Below the pieces are notes generated by a model. It made no database searches. It saw only the letters and a list, made by a program, of their open reading frames with translations, and had not been told where the DNA came from. A DNA stretch of 64,000 nucleotides, taken from the NCBI GenBank assembly GCA_022180565.1, contig BQML01000029.1, positions 18,174 through 82,173 of the forward strand, written 5' to 3'. Both the position numbers and the translations under genes were made by a program. The stretch is from Bacteroidia bacterium. Lineage in GTDB: Bacteria > Bacteroidota > Ignavibacteria > UBA10030. Shown piece after piece: positions 40,532 to 49,338 of this stretch; positions within the stretch are counted from its first letter, which is position 1, and the number at the start of each line of letters is the position of its first letter.

Positions 40532-42376
40532 GTGCACTATCGAGGAATCACGAGCATGCGCTGGAATTCTCTGATCGGCGTGGTGGTGCTGAGTGTGACT
40601 TTTCTCCAGACCGGCACGGCGAATCCCTCCGATCCTTCTCCTTCACCTCCAACCCGTATTGTTTCCCTCAAAGACTTTACCGAAACCGAAGTGAAAGGGG
40701 CCGGTTTCACCCTGGTCTCAAAAACCCGGCTGCATATTTTCGCTCTCGGCGGAGGCGACAAGGTATTCTGGCGGGATGTTTTTAATGATCCGGACGTGTC
40801 GCGCATGTATGCCGCCGGCTGGATTATCGATGCCTCGACGCGCGAGGTTGTGTGGGAAATGACGATGGATAATACGAGTGGAAAGGCGCACAAGCGCACG
40901 TTCGATGGATTCCTTGAGCTCGAAGCGGGGGACTATGAGATCTATTACGCAGCGCATGGATATTTTGAGAGTGGCGCGTTTTCCCATTCATCAATCAACA
41001 TCGACCGCCGGCCCGCTCATCGCTCTCACCGCACCGGATTTCGCTTCTTCGATTTTTTTTCCGACGACAGAGAGGACCTCTTCGATGAGTTCATGGACAA
41101 TGCCCGTGAATACGGGATTGAGCTTTTCGTGGATGAATCGGCCCGCGGGGTTGTGCGGATGTTTGATGTTCCGCGTGCGCTTCCAAACACGGTCTTCGAG
41201 GCCACAGGGCTTGGCGACAAAGTGTTTCTGCGACGGGGCCTGAAAGTGCTTGCCCCCACCGTGGTTCAGGTGTACGCGCTGGGCGAGGGACGCCGCCGTG
41301 GCGAGATCTCCGATCACGGGTGGATCGTCAATGCCGTCACACGGGAGCGTGTGTGGGACATGAATGATCGCAGTGTCCGGCATGCGGGCGGAGCGTCGAA
41401 GAACATCGTGTGGCGGGGTAACGTGGTCCTGGCGAAAGGAACGTACGAACTGTATTACGTAACCGATGATTCTCATTCGAACGACGATTGGAATGCAAAG
41501 CCGCCGTATGACCCTTTCAAGTACGGCGTCACACTCTCGGTGGAGCGACCATCGGACCGAAACAATATTGTACAGACCGACCGTTGGGAGCCGCCGAGCC
41601 AAACCATCGTTTCCCTTACGCGGGTCCGCGATGATGAATTTGTGAGCGCCGGTTTCACGCTGACGAAAGACATGCCTCTTTGGGTCTATGCGATCGGGGA
41701 ACGATCGGGGCGCCGGGCGTTTGCGGATTACGGGTGGATCGTTCGGGCCAGCGACCGCACTCGCGTGTGGTCCATGGAAAATCGTGAATCCCATCACGCA
41801 GGGGGTGCGGCCAAGAACCAGATGGTGGACGAGATCATCACCCTGCCTGCGGGGAGTTATATCGCCTACTATCAAACAGACGACTCGCACGCCTATGGAG
41901 AGTGGAACTCCGATCCTCCGTTCGACGAGGAAGCGTATGGCCTGAGCATCAGCGCGGTCGGTGAAGGATTCGACCCAAAGACCGTGAAGAAATTTGAAGA
42001 AGGTGAAGAAGAAGGCGTCATCGCCCAAATCATTCGCGTTCGGAACGACAGCCACATCAGAAAACGGTTCACGATCAAAAGCCCTACGAAGATTCAAATT
42101 TATGCGCTTGGGGAAGGAGTGGACCGGAGCATGGCGGATTATGGATGGATTGAGAACGTCAGCACGGGAAAGGTGGTGTGGGAAATGACCTATGGCATGA
42201 CCGACCGGGCGGGCGGGGCAAGGAAGAATCGGATGGTACGAACAGCGCTGATTCTTGATCCCGGTGAGTACGAGCTTCATTACCGGACAGACGGCTCACA
42301 TTCGTATAGCGCCTGGAACGACGATCCACCGGACGACAGGATGCATTGGGGAATCACAGTTTATAGGAGCGACTAG
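40532..42376 (+). CDS. Secreted protein of four tandem ~140-aa homologous repeats (unrecognised domain)
   Basis: Signal peptide, then four repeats sharing [FL]T[LI]...[VI]YA[LI]GEG...DYGWI.N..T..VVWEM......AGGA.KN.........G.YEL.Y.TD.SH....WN..PP.D....G[IL]. The tracked start is 40532; the ATG at 40556 (MRWNSLIGVVVLSV) is equally possible. Confidence 0.6.
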   Translation: MHYRGITSMRWNSLIGVVVLSVTFLQTGTANPSDPSPSPPTRIVSLKDFTETEVKGAGFTLVSKTRLHIFALGGGDKVFWRDVFNDPDVSRMYAAGWIIDASTREVVWEMTMDNTSGKAHKRTFDGFLELEAGDYEIYYAAHGYFESGAFSHSSINIDRRPAHRSHRTGFRFFDFFSDDREDLFDEFMDNAREYGIELFVDESARGVVRMFDVPRALPNTVFEATGLGDKVFLRRGLKVLAPTVVQVYALGEGRRRGEISDHGWIVNAVTRERVWDMNDRSVRHAGGASKNIVWRGNVVLAKGTYELYYVTDDSHSNDDWNAKPPYDPFKYGVTLSVERPSDRNNIVQTDRWEPPSQTIVSLTRVRDDEFVSAGFTLTKDMPLWVYAIGERSGRRAFADYGWIVRASDRTRVWSMENRESHHAGGAAKNQMVDEIITLPAGSYIAYYQTDDSHAYGEWNSDPPFDEEAYGLSISAVGEGFDPKTVKKFEEGEEEGVIAQIIRVRNDSHIRKRFTIKSPTKIQIYALGEGVDRSMADYGWIENVSTGKVVWEMTYGMTDRAGGARKNRMVRTALILDPGEYELHYRTDGSHSYSAWNDDPPDDRMHWGITVYRSD

Positions 42377-42518
42377 GCTGATCACGGGGTCAGAAATCCA
42401 AGGCGGAGAACCGAATACCCGCGGCCTAAGGCGGAAGGTTCTGTGAGTTCACATCGTTTGAGATGAATTTCCGTTCGCTGTCCTTCGGCGAACAACTGGT
42501 GCACCGGAGCAGGATATG

Positions 42519-42546
42519 CAGTGATGCTTCGGTGCATCTTTCTTTT
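42519..42546 (+). terminator. Candidate intrinsic terminator after the repeat-protein gene
   Basis: GATGC-ttcggt-GCATC hairpin followed by TTTCTTTTTCGC. Confidence 0.35.
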
Positions 42547-42573
42547 TCGCACGTTCCCCTGTATATTGTACCG

Positions 42574-43041
42574 ATGGTAATCTTCACGCTCTGTTTGTGG
42601 ATGTTCACGTCATTTTCTCTGGCCGCTCAGGAGCCGGAGATCCATGTCGTCATAAGAAAGGGCGGCTACACATTGACGGTTTTCAGGGGAGATTCCGCGT
42701 TGCGCGTGTTCCGCGTCGCCGTCGGCAAGAATCCCGGAAACAAACAACAACGGGGAGATTGGAGAACACCGGAGGGAACCTTCTCCATTGCGCACATCCA
42801 GCGATCCAACCACTGGGTTCATGATTTTGGCGACGGAAAAGGGGAGGTCAAGGGGGCATACGGACCGTGGTTTATCAGATTGCAAACCGGCCGGTGGACA
42901 GGCATCGGAATCCACGGCACCCATGATCCGGCTTCCCTTGGTACGATGGTAACCGAAGGGTGCGTGAGGCTTCGCAATGAGGATTTGGAGGAACTTCAGA
43001 CCATGGTGACGATCGGCACGCGCGTTGCTATTCTTCCGTAA
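42574..43041 (+). CDS. L,D-transpeptidase (YkuD domain) with N-terminal signal/anchor
   Basis: ...GIHGTHDPASLGTMVTEGCVRLRNEDL, the His/Cys catalytic motif of L,D-transpeptidases. Start set at the ATG downstream of the terminator-like hairpin; the tracked ORF starts at 42463. Confidence 0.75.
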   Translation: MVIFTLCLWMFTSFSLAAQEPEIHVVIRKGGYTLTVFRGDSALRVFRVAVGKNPGNKQQRGDWRTPEGTFSIAHIQRSNHWVHDFGDGKGEVKGAYGPWFIRLQTGRWTGIGIHGTHDPASLGTMVTEGCVRLRNEDLEELQTMVTIGTRVAILP

Positions 43042-43090
43042 CTGCATTCATTGCTTCTGCTTTCTCCTTCCCCTATATTCGTCGAGCACC

Positions 43091-43564
43091 ATGGCCATTC
43101 AAATCCGACAAGCGAGGCCTGAAGACGCTCCTCTGATTGCTCAGTACAACGCCTTCATGGCGTTGGAAACCGAAAACCGGGTTTTGGATCAGGACACGTT
43201 ACGGAAAGGCGTGGAAACGGTCCTGACCAATCCGGTGTGCGGAGTGTACTACCTCGCCGAGATCGACGGCCGTCTTGCGGGACAGCTGATGATCACATAC
43301 GAATGGAGCGATTGGCGCAATGGCACGTTCTGGTGGATCCAGAGCGTATACGTGAGGGAAGAGTATCGACAAAAAGGCGTCTTCAAGGCACTCTATCGTT
43401 TTGTGGAATCACAGGCGCGTTCGAAGCCGGATGTCTGTGGTCTCCGCCTCTACGTGGAGCATGACAATGCCAAGGCGAAACGTATTTATGAGAACCTCGG
43501 CATGAAAAAGACGGCCTATGAGCTCTATGAGCTGGATTTTGTGCTCGGGAAGGGCTCTTCATGA
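43091..43564 (+). CDS. GNAT-family N-acetyltransferase
   Basis: 157 aa; acetyl-CoA-binding motif region (V..EYRQKGVFKALY); start at ATG 43091. Confidence 0.7.
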   Translation: MAIQIRQARPEDAPLIAQYNAFMALETENRVLDQDTLRKGVETVLTNPVCGVYYLAEIDGRLAGQLMITYEWSDWRNGTFWWIQSVYVREEYRQKGVFKALYRFVESQARSKPDVCGLRLYVEHDNAKAKRIYENLGMKKTAYELYELDFVLGKGSS

Positions 43565-44208
43565 ATTGTTGCCCGGTGTCCCCATGTCCCGGCACAAACC
43601 GGTTCTTCACCCGCTGGGCGAAGAATTACGCGAAGCAATTCAGAAAAAAAGGGCTCGACAAAGCTCAGCAATATCTTCTTGAAGGCATTGCCCGCGTGCC
43701 GATTGCCGCACCGGAGGTTTTGGACATCGGTTGCGGCGTGGGTGCAGTCCATTTGGTCCTGCTCCAACAAGGCGCATCGCGGGTGACGGGTGTTGATATG
43801 GCTGAAGGCATGCTGGCCGAGGCAAGGCGGCTGGCGGAAGAGAAACAGCTCGCCGATAGAACATCCTACATTCAAAACGATTTCATCACAATCTCTCATC
43901 AGGTTCCCCAGGCCGACATTACCATCCTGGACAAGGTCGTGTGTTGTTATGAAAAAGCCGACGACCTTGTCGAAGGTTCACTGAATAAGACAAAACGAAT
44001 TTACGCCGTCACGCATCCAAGAGAATCCTTCATCGTTCGCTGGGGGTTCCTGCTGTATATCGCATTCTCCCAATTTGTTCGAGCCGCATTCCACCCCTAC
44101 TGGCACAACTGGCAGAACCTTCGATCCGCGATCTCTGCACGCGGGTTCAGGCTTGTCTATGAGAACTCCACTTTTTTCTGGAACGTCCTGGTATTTGAGC
44201 GCGCCTAG
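43561..44208 (+). CDS. Class I SAM-dependent methyltransferase
   Basis: VLDIGCGVGAV (motif I) and an acidic residue at the end of beta2; overlaps the GNAT stop (ATGA). Confidence 0.65.
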   Translation: MNCCPVSPCPGTNRFFTRWAKNYAKQFRKKGLDKAQQYLLEGIARVPIAAPEVLDIGCGVGAVHLVLLQQGASRVTGVDMAEGMLAEARRLAEEKQLADRTSYIQNDFITISHQVPQADITILDKVVCCYEKADDLVEGSLNKTKRIYAVTHPRESFIVRWGFLLYIAFSQFVRAAFHPYWHNWQNLRSAISARGFRLVYENSTFFWNVLVFERA

Positions 44209-44220
44209 CGGACTCCCCAG

Positions 44221-45525
44221 ATGAATTCCCTCGACACCCCAGCGTCACCCGGCGGGTACCATTCGGAAAACATCATTCTGATCGCGGCTGTGGCAATTCA
44301 TTGTTGTATGCTCCTGTCGCTCGGGATGGGGTTCCTCAATCCCCTCTTCGATGATGCCATGCACCGATCCGGGCAGGCCGCGGATTTTTTTGCCGTGTAC
44401 CAAGCCGGTACGAATCTTGTTGACGGCGTGAGTGTCTATTCGACATCGCCGGACCGTCAGTCGGTTCCCTATTACTATCCCTATCGATACCATCCGTTCG
44501 TGGCTCTTACTCTTGGGTTAGCGATCCAGCCGCTTCCGCCCTTTGTTGCGTACGGAATCTGGATCGTCCTCCTGGAGCTTATCCTCCTTGTCAATCTTAA
44601 ACTGACATGGTCGTTGTTCGACCGGAAATCCGACGCGGTGAAAGCTCTGGTCCTCTGGCTGGTGTTCTCGCCCATGTACCTTGAGCTCTATATGGGCCAA
44701 TTCTCTTACGCTATGGCGAGCATCATGTTCTGGTGCATCATCGCCTGGGCGCGGGGAAAGAGACTTCAAGGTGACCTGTGGTGGTCGCTCTCCCTTGTCC
44801 TGAAGTCCAATTCTGCGCTGTTCGCTCCCGTGTTGCTCCGCGAACGGAAGTGGCTCTCCATTTTCGCGGCAGGAGGGGCAGCCGTACTTGCCGGCCTGCC
44901 GTATTTTCTGGCGGTTCCCGGCAGTTACCCGGAATTCGCCCAAAACTACACTGCCCGTATGACGGTATCGACGCTTCTCGGAAACCAGGGATTTGCCGCC
45001 CTGATGGGGATGATGATCGTTCGAGCGTCGGGACTGTGGACGGGGGACCTTCACGTGCTGGGTCAGAGGGTTCCCCAGATGGACCAACTTATGGAAGTGC
45101 CGATTTTGATGTGGACCATGCTGATCATCGGAACGGCCCTGTATGTGACTTTCAAGTCTCAACGCCCCGAGGGACCTGAATTCTATCTCCTCTGGCTTCT
45201 GGCATACGTTCTCTTCTACAAGCACGTTTGGGAACATCAGTACGTCATGCTGCTTCCGGTCTTTGCGCTTTTGTACTGGCGAATGACCAGAGGGGGATTG
45301 AATCTCTCGCCGGTAATCTTTTGGTCCGTGTTTGCAGTTGTCGCCCTTCCGACGGTGTTCGTGTTTCTCGACCGCGCCCAGGTTCTGTTCGACCCCGAAC
45401 TGTCCTGGAATATCTGGGAAAGCGTGGCTTTCCATGCTCCCAAGCCGCTGGCTGTCCTTGTCCTGTTTGCGCATCTTTCCTCTGTCCTCTTGAAACCCTT
45501 CCCCCGGTTTGATCCTGCTCCATGA
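44221..45525 (+). CDS. Polytopic membrane protein, DUF2029 / GT87-like (putative glycosyltransferase)
   Basis: 434 aa with about 10 TM helices; early loop with aromatic/Pro-rich motif (YYYPYRYHPF) as in DUF2029 mannosyltransferase-like proteins. Confidence 0.5.
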   Translation: MNSLDTPASPGGYHSENIILIAAVAIHCCMLLSLGMGFLNPLFDDAMHRSGQAADFFAVYQAGTNLVDGVSVYSTSPDRQSVPYYYPYRYHPFVALTLGLAIQPLPPFVAYGIWIVLLELILLVNLKLTWSLFDRKSDAVKALVLWLVFSPMYLELYMGQFSYAMASIMFWCIIAWARGKRLQGDLWWSLSLVLKSNSALFAPVLLRERKWLSIFAAGGAAVLAGLPYFLAVPGSYPEFAQNYTARMTVSTLLGNQGFAALMGMMIVRASGLWTGDLHVLGQRVPQMDQLMEVPILMWTMLIIGTALYVTFKSQRPEGPEFYLLWLLAYVLFYKHVWEHQYVMLLPVFALLYWRMTRGGLNLSPVIFWSVFAVVALPTVFVFLDRAQVLFDPELSWNIWESVAFHAPKPLAVLVLFAHLSSVLLKPFPRFDPAP

Positions 45526-47459
45526 GGCTGAAGCAACAGCATATCGCGATCGTCGTCGCCGTGTTTGTGTGCATCGTCTTTTCCGCTGCAACGGGATCGT
45601 TCGCCTACTTTTCGAACAAAGGGTTCGGTTTTCCCCTGGATGATCCATGGATCCATCTCCAGTTCGCGAAGAATCTCGCTGAGCACGGAAGCTTCTCGTA
45701 CTACAAAGATGAAATGCCGACATCGGGCTCGACGGCGCCTCTCTATACTCTCCTGGCGGCCGCAGGATTCCTGGTGACGCATCACGAGATGATCCTGAGT
45801 TATGTCCTCGGTGTACTGGCCTATATTGTCGCGATCGTGTATTTCTTCAAGCTCACGGAGCGCGTGTTCGACGGCGCAATTCTTCCCGCACTTGCAGGCA
45901 CGGTCCTGTTCGCCCTCGAGCCGCGTCTGCACTGGGCCGCGCTTTCCGGAATGGAAACAACGCTTTTCATCGCGCTCTTGCTTGCGGCCGTTCATTCCTA
46001 TCAGTCGCAAAAAGGCATCATGCTCGGCATTGTGAGCGGATTACTGCTCTGGACACGGCCCGAAGCAGTTATCCTCTACGCGGCGATGGCGGCAGATTGG
46101 GGATTCCGACGGTTAACCGTACCCGGAGCTGAACGGAAGGCCTTATGGTCACGGTCTCCCTGGCTGGTCCAGGCAGGGGCAATCGCCTGTGTGCTGGGCT
46201 TGGGATATGCCGGCTTCAACCTCTCTCTCTCGGGATCCATTCTTCCAAACACCTATGCCGCCAAACTTGCGTACTACAGCGGTACCGGGACAGATTTTCC
46301 TCGTGCTGTCTTTCACTGGCTTACCGGCAACCACATTGTTATTGTTTCTGTCCTTGCAGGCGGAGGAATTCTTCAGTCTCTTTTTCAAGCGGTTCGACGA
46401 CAACCGTCGGACACCGTCCTTCCCCTTCTGTTCACTGTTGGCCTCTTCACCTCATACTGGATGAAGCTCCCCTATTTGTATCAGAACGGACGTTACATGA
46501 TGCCGATTCTGCCGTTTGTCATCCTCCTCGGCCTGTCGGGTCTGCACTGGATGTCGACGCGAGCGGGAGAGAGATTTTCCCGTCTGTTGTCTGCGCGTAC
46601 GATCCGAGCTGTACAGATAACCTTGATGGCCTTTCTCATCATCCAGTTCGCTCTGGGCGTCTGGGACGGAAGAGTTCTCTATCAGGAATCATGCAAGTAC
46701 ATCTCTGATCGCCAGGTCCGCACAGCTTTGTGGATTCGCGATCACCTTCCGCAGGATGCCATTGTCGCAACCCACGACGTGGGGGCGCTTGCATATTATT
46801 CGGAGAGACGCATTGTGGATATGGTAGGATTGATCTCCCCCGAAATCATTGATCATCTTAAGAACCTTTCCGCCACAAAGGAGTTTCTCGTTCGACACAA
46901 TGTCACCCACCTGGCTGTTCTTCGAAACTGGTTTGAAGTTGTGAATGTGAATCCGATCTTCCAGACCAGGGAAGCAACGCCGGAGATTATGGAGGTGTTC
47001 AGGTTCGAGCCGGACAGCCTCCATTTTACCTCGCCTTTCGTCGCGTGGCTGACCTCTCGCGCATGGTCATATCTCTCACGCGGTGATGTGCGCGAGGGAA
47101 AACCTCTGGCAGAACGAGCCGTTCAGCTTGATTCCCTTTCTTCGCGGGCGCACCATCACCTTGGATGGGCTTTGATGATGGAGGGGGATTTGGACGGGGC
47201 GGAGCACGAATTTCACGCCGCACTTCGTCTTCATCCGGAATACTGGTCAGCCCATTTTGCCCTGACTCAGGTGCCTCTGCGAAGGGGCCAGCCGCTTGAG
47301 GCCGTTCGGCGCCTGAAACTCTTGCTCAAGGCGAATCCAAATATGCTTGCAGCCTATCAGGCGATTGCCCAGATTTACGGGCAGATGGGGGAAAACGAGA
47401 AGGCGGCGCAGGCGGCCCGTGAGTATCAGACGAGAATTGCCGCACAACAGAACGATTGA
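45522..47459 (+). CDS. GT-C-fold-like polytopic membrane protein (ArnT/PMT-like N-terminal region) with C-terminal TPR repeats
   Basis: 645 aa; about 11 TM helices with an Asp-rich first loop (PLDDPW); the C-terminal ~150 aa contain TPR-like repeats. Confidence 0.5.
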   Translation: MRLKQQHIAIVVAVFVCIVFSAATGSFAYFSNKGFGFPLDDPWIHLQFAKNLAEHGSFSYYKDEMPTSGSTAPLYTLLAAAGFLVTHHEMILSYVLGVLAYIVAIVYFFKLTERVFDGAILPALAGTVLFALEPRLHWAALSGMETTLFIALLLAAVHSYQSQKGIMLGIVSGLLLWTRPEAVILYAAMAADWGFRRLTVPGAERKALWSRSPWLVQAGAIACVLGLGYAGFNLSLSGSILPNTYAAKLAYYSGTGTDFPRAVFHWLTGNHIVIVSVLAGGGILQSLFQAVRRQPSDTVLPLLFTVGLFTSYWMKLPYLYQNGRYMMPILPFVILLGLSGLHWMSTRAGERFSRLLSARTIRAVQITLMAFLIIQFALGVWDGRVLYQESCKYISDRQVRTALWIRDHLPQDAIVATHDVGALAYYSERRIVDMVGLISPEIIDHLKNLSATKEFLVRHNVTHLAVLRNWFEVVNVNPIFQTREATPEIMEVFRFEPDSLHFTSPFVAWLTSRAWSYLSRGDVREGKPLAERAVQLDSLSSRAHHHLGWALMMEGDLDGAEHEFHAALRLHPEYWSAHFALTQVPLRRGQPLEAVRRLKLLLKANPNMLAAYQAIAQIYGQMGENEKAAQAAREYQTRIAAQQND

Positions 47460-47460
47460 A

Positions 47461-49338
47461 ATGATTCCGATGTTGAGGAACAACATGAAGAACGGCCGCT
47501 GGATCCTGATGATCGTTCTTGTGCTCGCCGTCCATCGCGTGCCTCTGATGGGACAGGAGCCCGAAGCGATCGTGAAATTGCGCCTGGCTCAGAGTTTCGA
47601 AAGGGCGGGCGACTGGGAACGCGCCGTGCCCATCTATGAATCACTTCTCCTGACCGATCCGCGAAACTACGTTTATTTTGAGGCACTTCGCCGTGGCTAC
47701 GTTCAGCTTCGGGAGTATGACAAGGCGGTTGAATTGATCGAATATCGCCTCACGTTGGAGCAAAACAACCCCCAACTGCTCGCCACGCTGGGGAGCGTGT
47801 ACTACCAAATGGGGAAAGAATCTACGGCTGATTCGCTCTGGCAGGCCGTGGTACGGCTTGATTCAAAGAACCCCTCCATGTACCGGCTGATCGCCGGTCA
47901 GATGCTGGAATTCCGTCTGTATGACCGGGCAATTGACCTGTTCACGCGGGCACGCAAGATCACGGGTGACCCACACCTGTTTCTCAGTGAACTCGCCAAC
48001 CTCTATGGAGCCTTTCAACAGTACGGCAGGGCGGCGGAGGAATTCGTGCAGTTGCTCGTGCTTCAACCCGCCCAGCTCTCCGACATACAGTCAAGGATAT
48101 CTGTGTTCTTCGGCCGGCCTGAAGCGATCACGGCAACACGAGAAGTCGTTGCGCGAGCACTCACCAAGCGCGAGGATTTCGTTCCTCTCCGACAGTTCTA
48201 TGCCTGGGTGTTGATGGAAGAGAAGCGGTACGACGCAGCGTTGGAACAGTACCGGATTATTGACAGGACAATGCGGGCGAGGGGAGCGCAGTTGTTCAAG
48301 TTTGCGGAGCGGGCCGCGGACGAGGGGGAGTATCGCATTGCAGCGTCTGCCTGCGATGAAGCGTTGAAAGCAGATCCCCCGACCGAACTTATCCCGCTCA
48401 TCCGTCTGAAGTATGCGCGTGCCATTGAAGAGTTGACGATCGACCAAGACACGACGGCGGCTCCTCCCGCACCGCGAAGGGCAATTCCGGAAAGCGCCCT
48501 CTCTTCCGGAACAGCCCTGAAGCTGTATGCTTCGGTTGCACAGGAGTACTCCGGCACGCGGCATGCAGCACAAGCATATTTTCGGATGGGGATTCTTCAG
48601 AGAGACCGTTTCCGTGATCTGGATGCAGCTTTGGCAGCTTTTAATGAGGCGGTTCGGGCCGGAGCGGGTCTCCCAGTCGCCGAGAAAGCCCTCCTGGAGA
48701 GGGCCGATGTTTTGGTGGCGAAGAATGATCTCGAAAAGGCACGCGAAACGTACACGTTATTGTCGTCATCTCGATCGGCCGACATGCGCGACCGCGCATT
48801 GTTTCATCTGGCGGAACTGGACTACTACACGGCGGAATTCGATTCCGCTCTGGCAGTGCTGGGCCGTCTGGCCGCCCAGCCGGCTACAGACCTGGCAAAC
48901 GATGCGCTGAGCCTGCGGTATTTTATTGAAGAGAATCACGGGCTGTTCACAGAAGCATTGAAGGCTTATGCTTCGGCGGACTTGCTCTGTCGACAGAAAA
49001 GAGACTCGGAGGCGCTTGAAGCCTTCCGGTCCATTCTGCGTCGGTTTCCAACCGCCCTCCTCGCGGACGATGCAGCGTTCACCGTGGGCGAACTCCTCGT
49101 TCGCCTGCGCCGGTACGACGACGCAGTGAAAGCCTTTCGGAGCATAGCCGACGATATGCCGTCAAGTATTCTGCGGGATCTGGCTTTGATGAGGATAGGT
49201 GAGGTTTACGAAAGGGAAATGCATGTTTCTCCCCTGGCCATTGAAACATATGAGGAACTCCTCAGATTGTTTCCGGGTTCCATCCACGCAGAAGAGGCGC
49301 GGAAACGTATCCGGCGACTCAGGGGGGATGTGTTATGA
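47461..49338 (+). CDS. Tetratricopeptide-repeat protein with N-terminal signal/anchor
   Basis: About 625 aa consisting almost entirely of TPR-like helical repeats; start at ATG 47461, overlapping the previous stop. Confidence 0.6.
   Translation: MIPMLRNNMKNGRWILMIVLVLAVHRVPLMGQEPEAIVKLRLAQSFERAGDWERAVPIYESLLLTDPRNYVYFEALRRGYVQLREYDKAVELIEYRLTLEQNNPQLLATLGSVYYQMGKESTADSLWQAVVRLDSKNPSMYRLIAGQMLEFRLYDRAIDLFTRARKITGDPHLFLSELANLYGAFQQYGRAAEEFVQLLVLQPAQLSDIQSRISVFFGRPEAITATREVVARALTKREDFVPLRQFYAWVLMEEKRYDAALEQYRIIDRTMRARGAQLFKFAERAADEGEYRIAASACDEALKADPPTELIPLIRLKYARAIEELTIDQDTTAAPPAPRRAIPESALSSGTALKLYASVAQEYSGTRHAAQAYFRMGILQRDRFRDLDAALAAFNEAVRAGAGLPVAEKALLERADVLVAKNDLEKARETYTLLSSSRSADMRDRALFHLAELDYYTAEFDSALAVLGRLAAQPATDLANDALSLRYFIEENHGLFTEALKAYASADLLCRQKRDSEALEAFRSILRRFPTALLADDAAFTVGELLVRLRRYDDAVKAFRSIADDMPSSILRDLALMRIGEVYEREMHVSPLAIETYEELLRLFPGSIHAEEARKRIRRLRGDVL

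Noticed and set aside
40991-42280. 429-aa minus-strand ORF antisense to the four-repeat protein gene
   Set aside because: Antisense-type composition. The plus-strand frame shows four-fold internal homology, which a spurious frame would not.
44518-45723. 401-aa minus-strand ORF antisense to the GT87-like and GT-C-like genes
   Set aside because: Extremely Arg/His/Gly-rich with no hydrophobic core. The plus-strand frames encode coherent polytopic membrane proteins.
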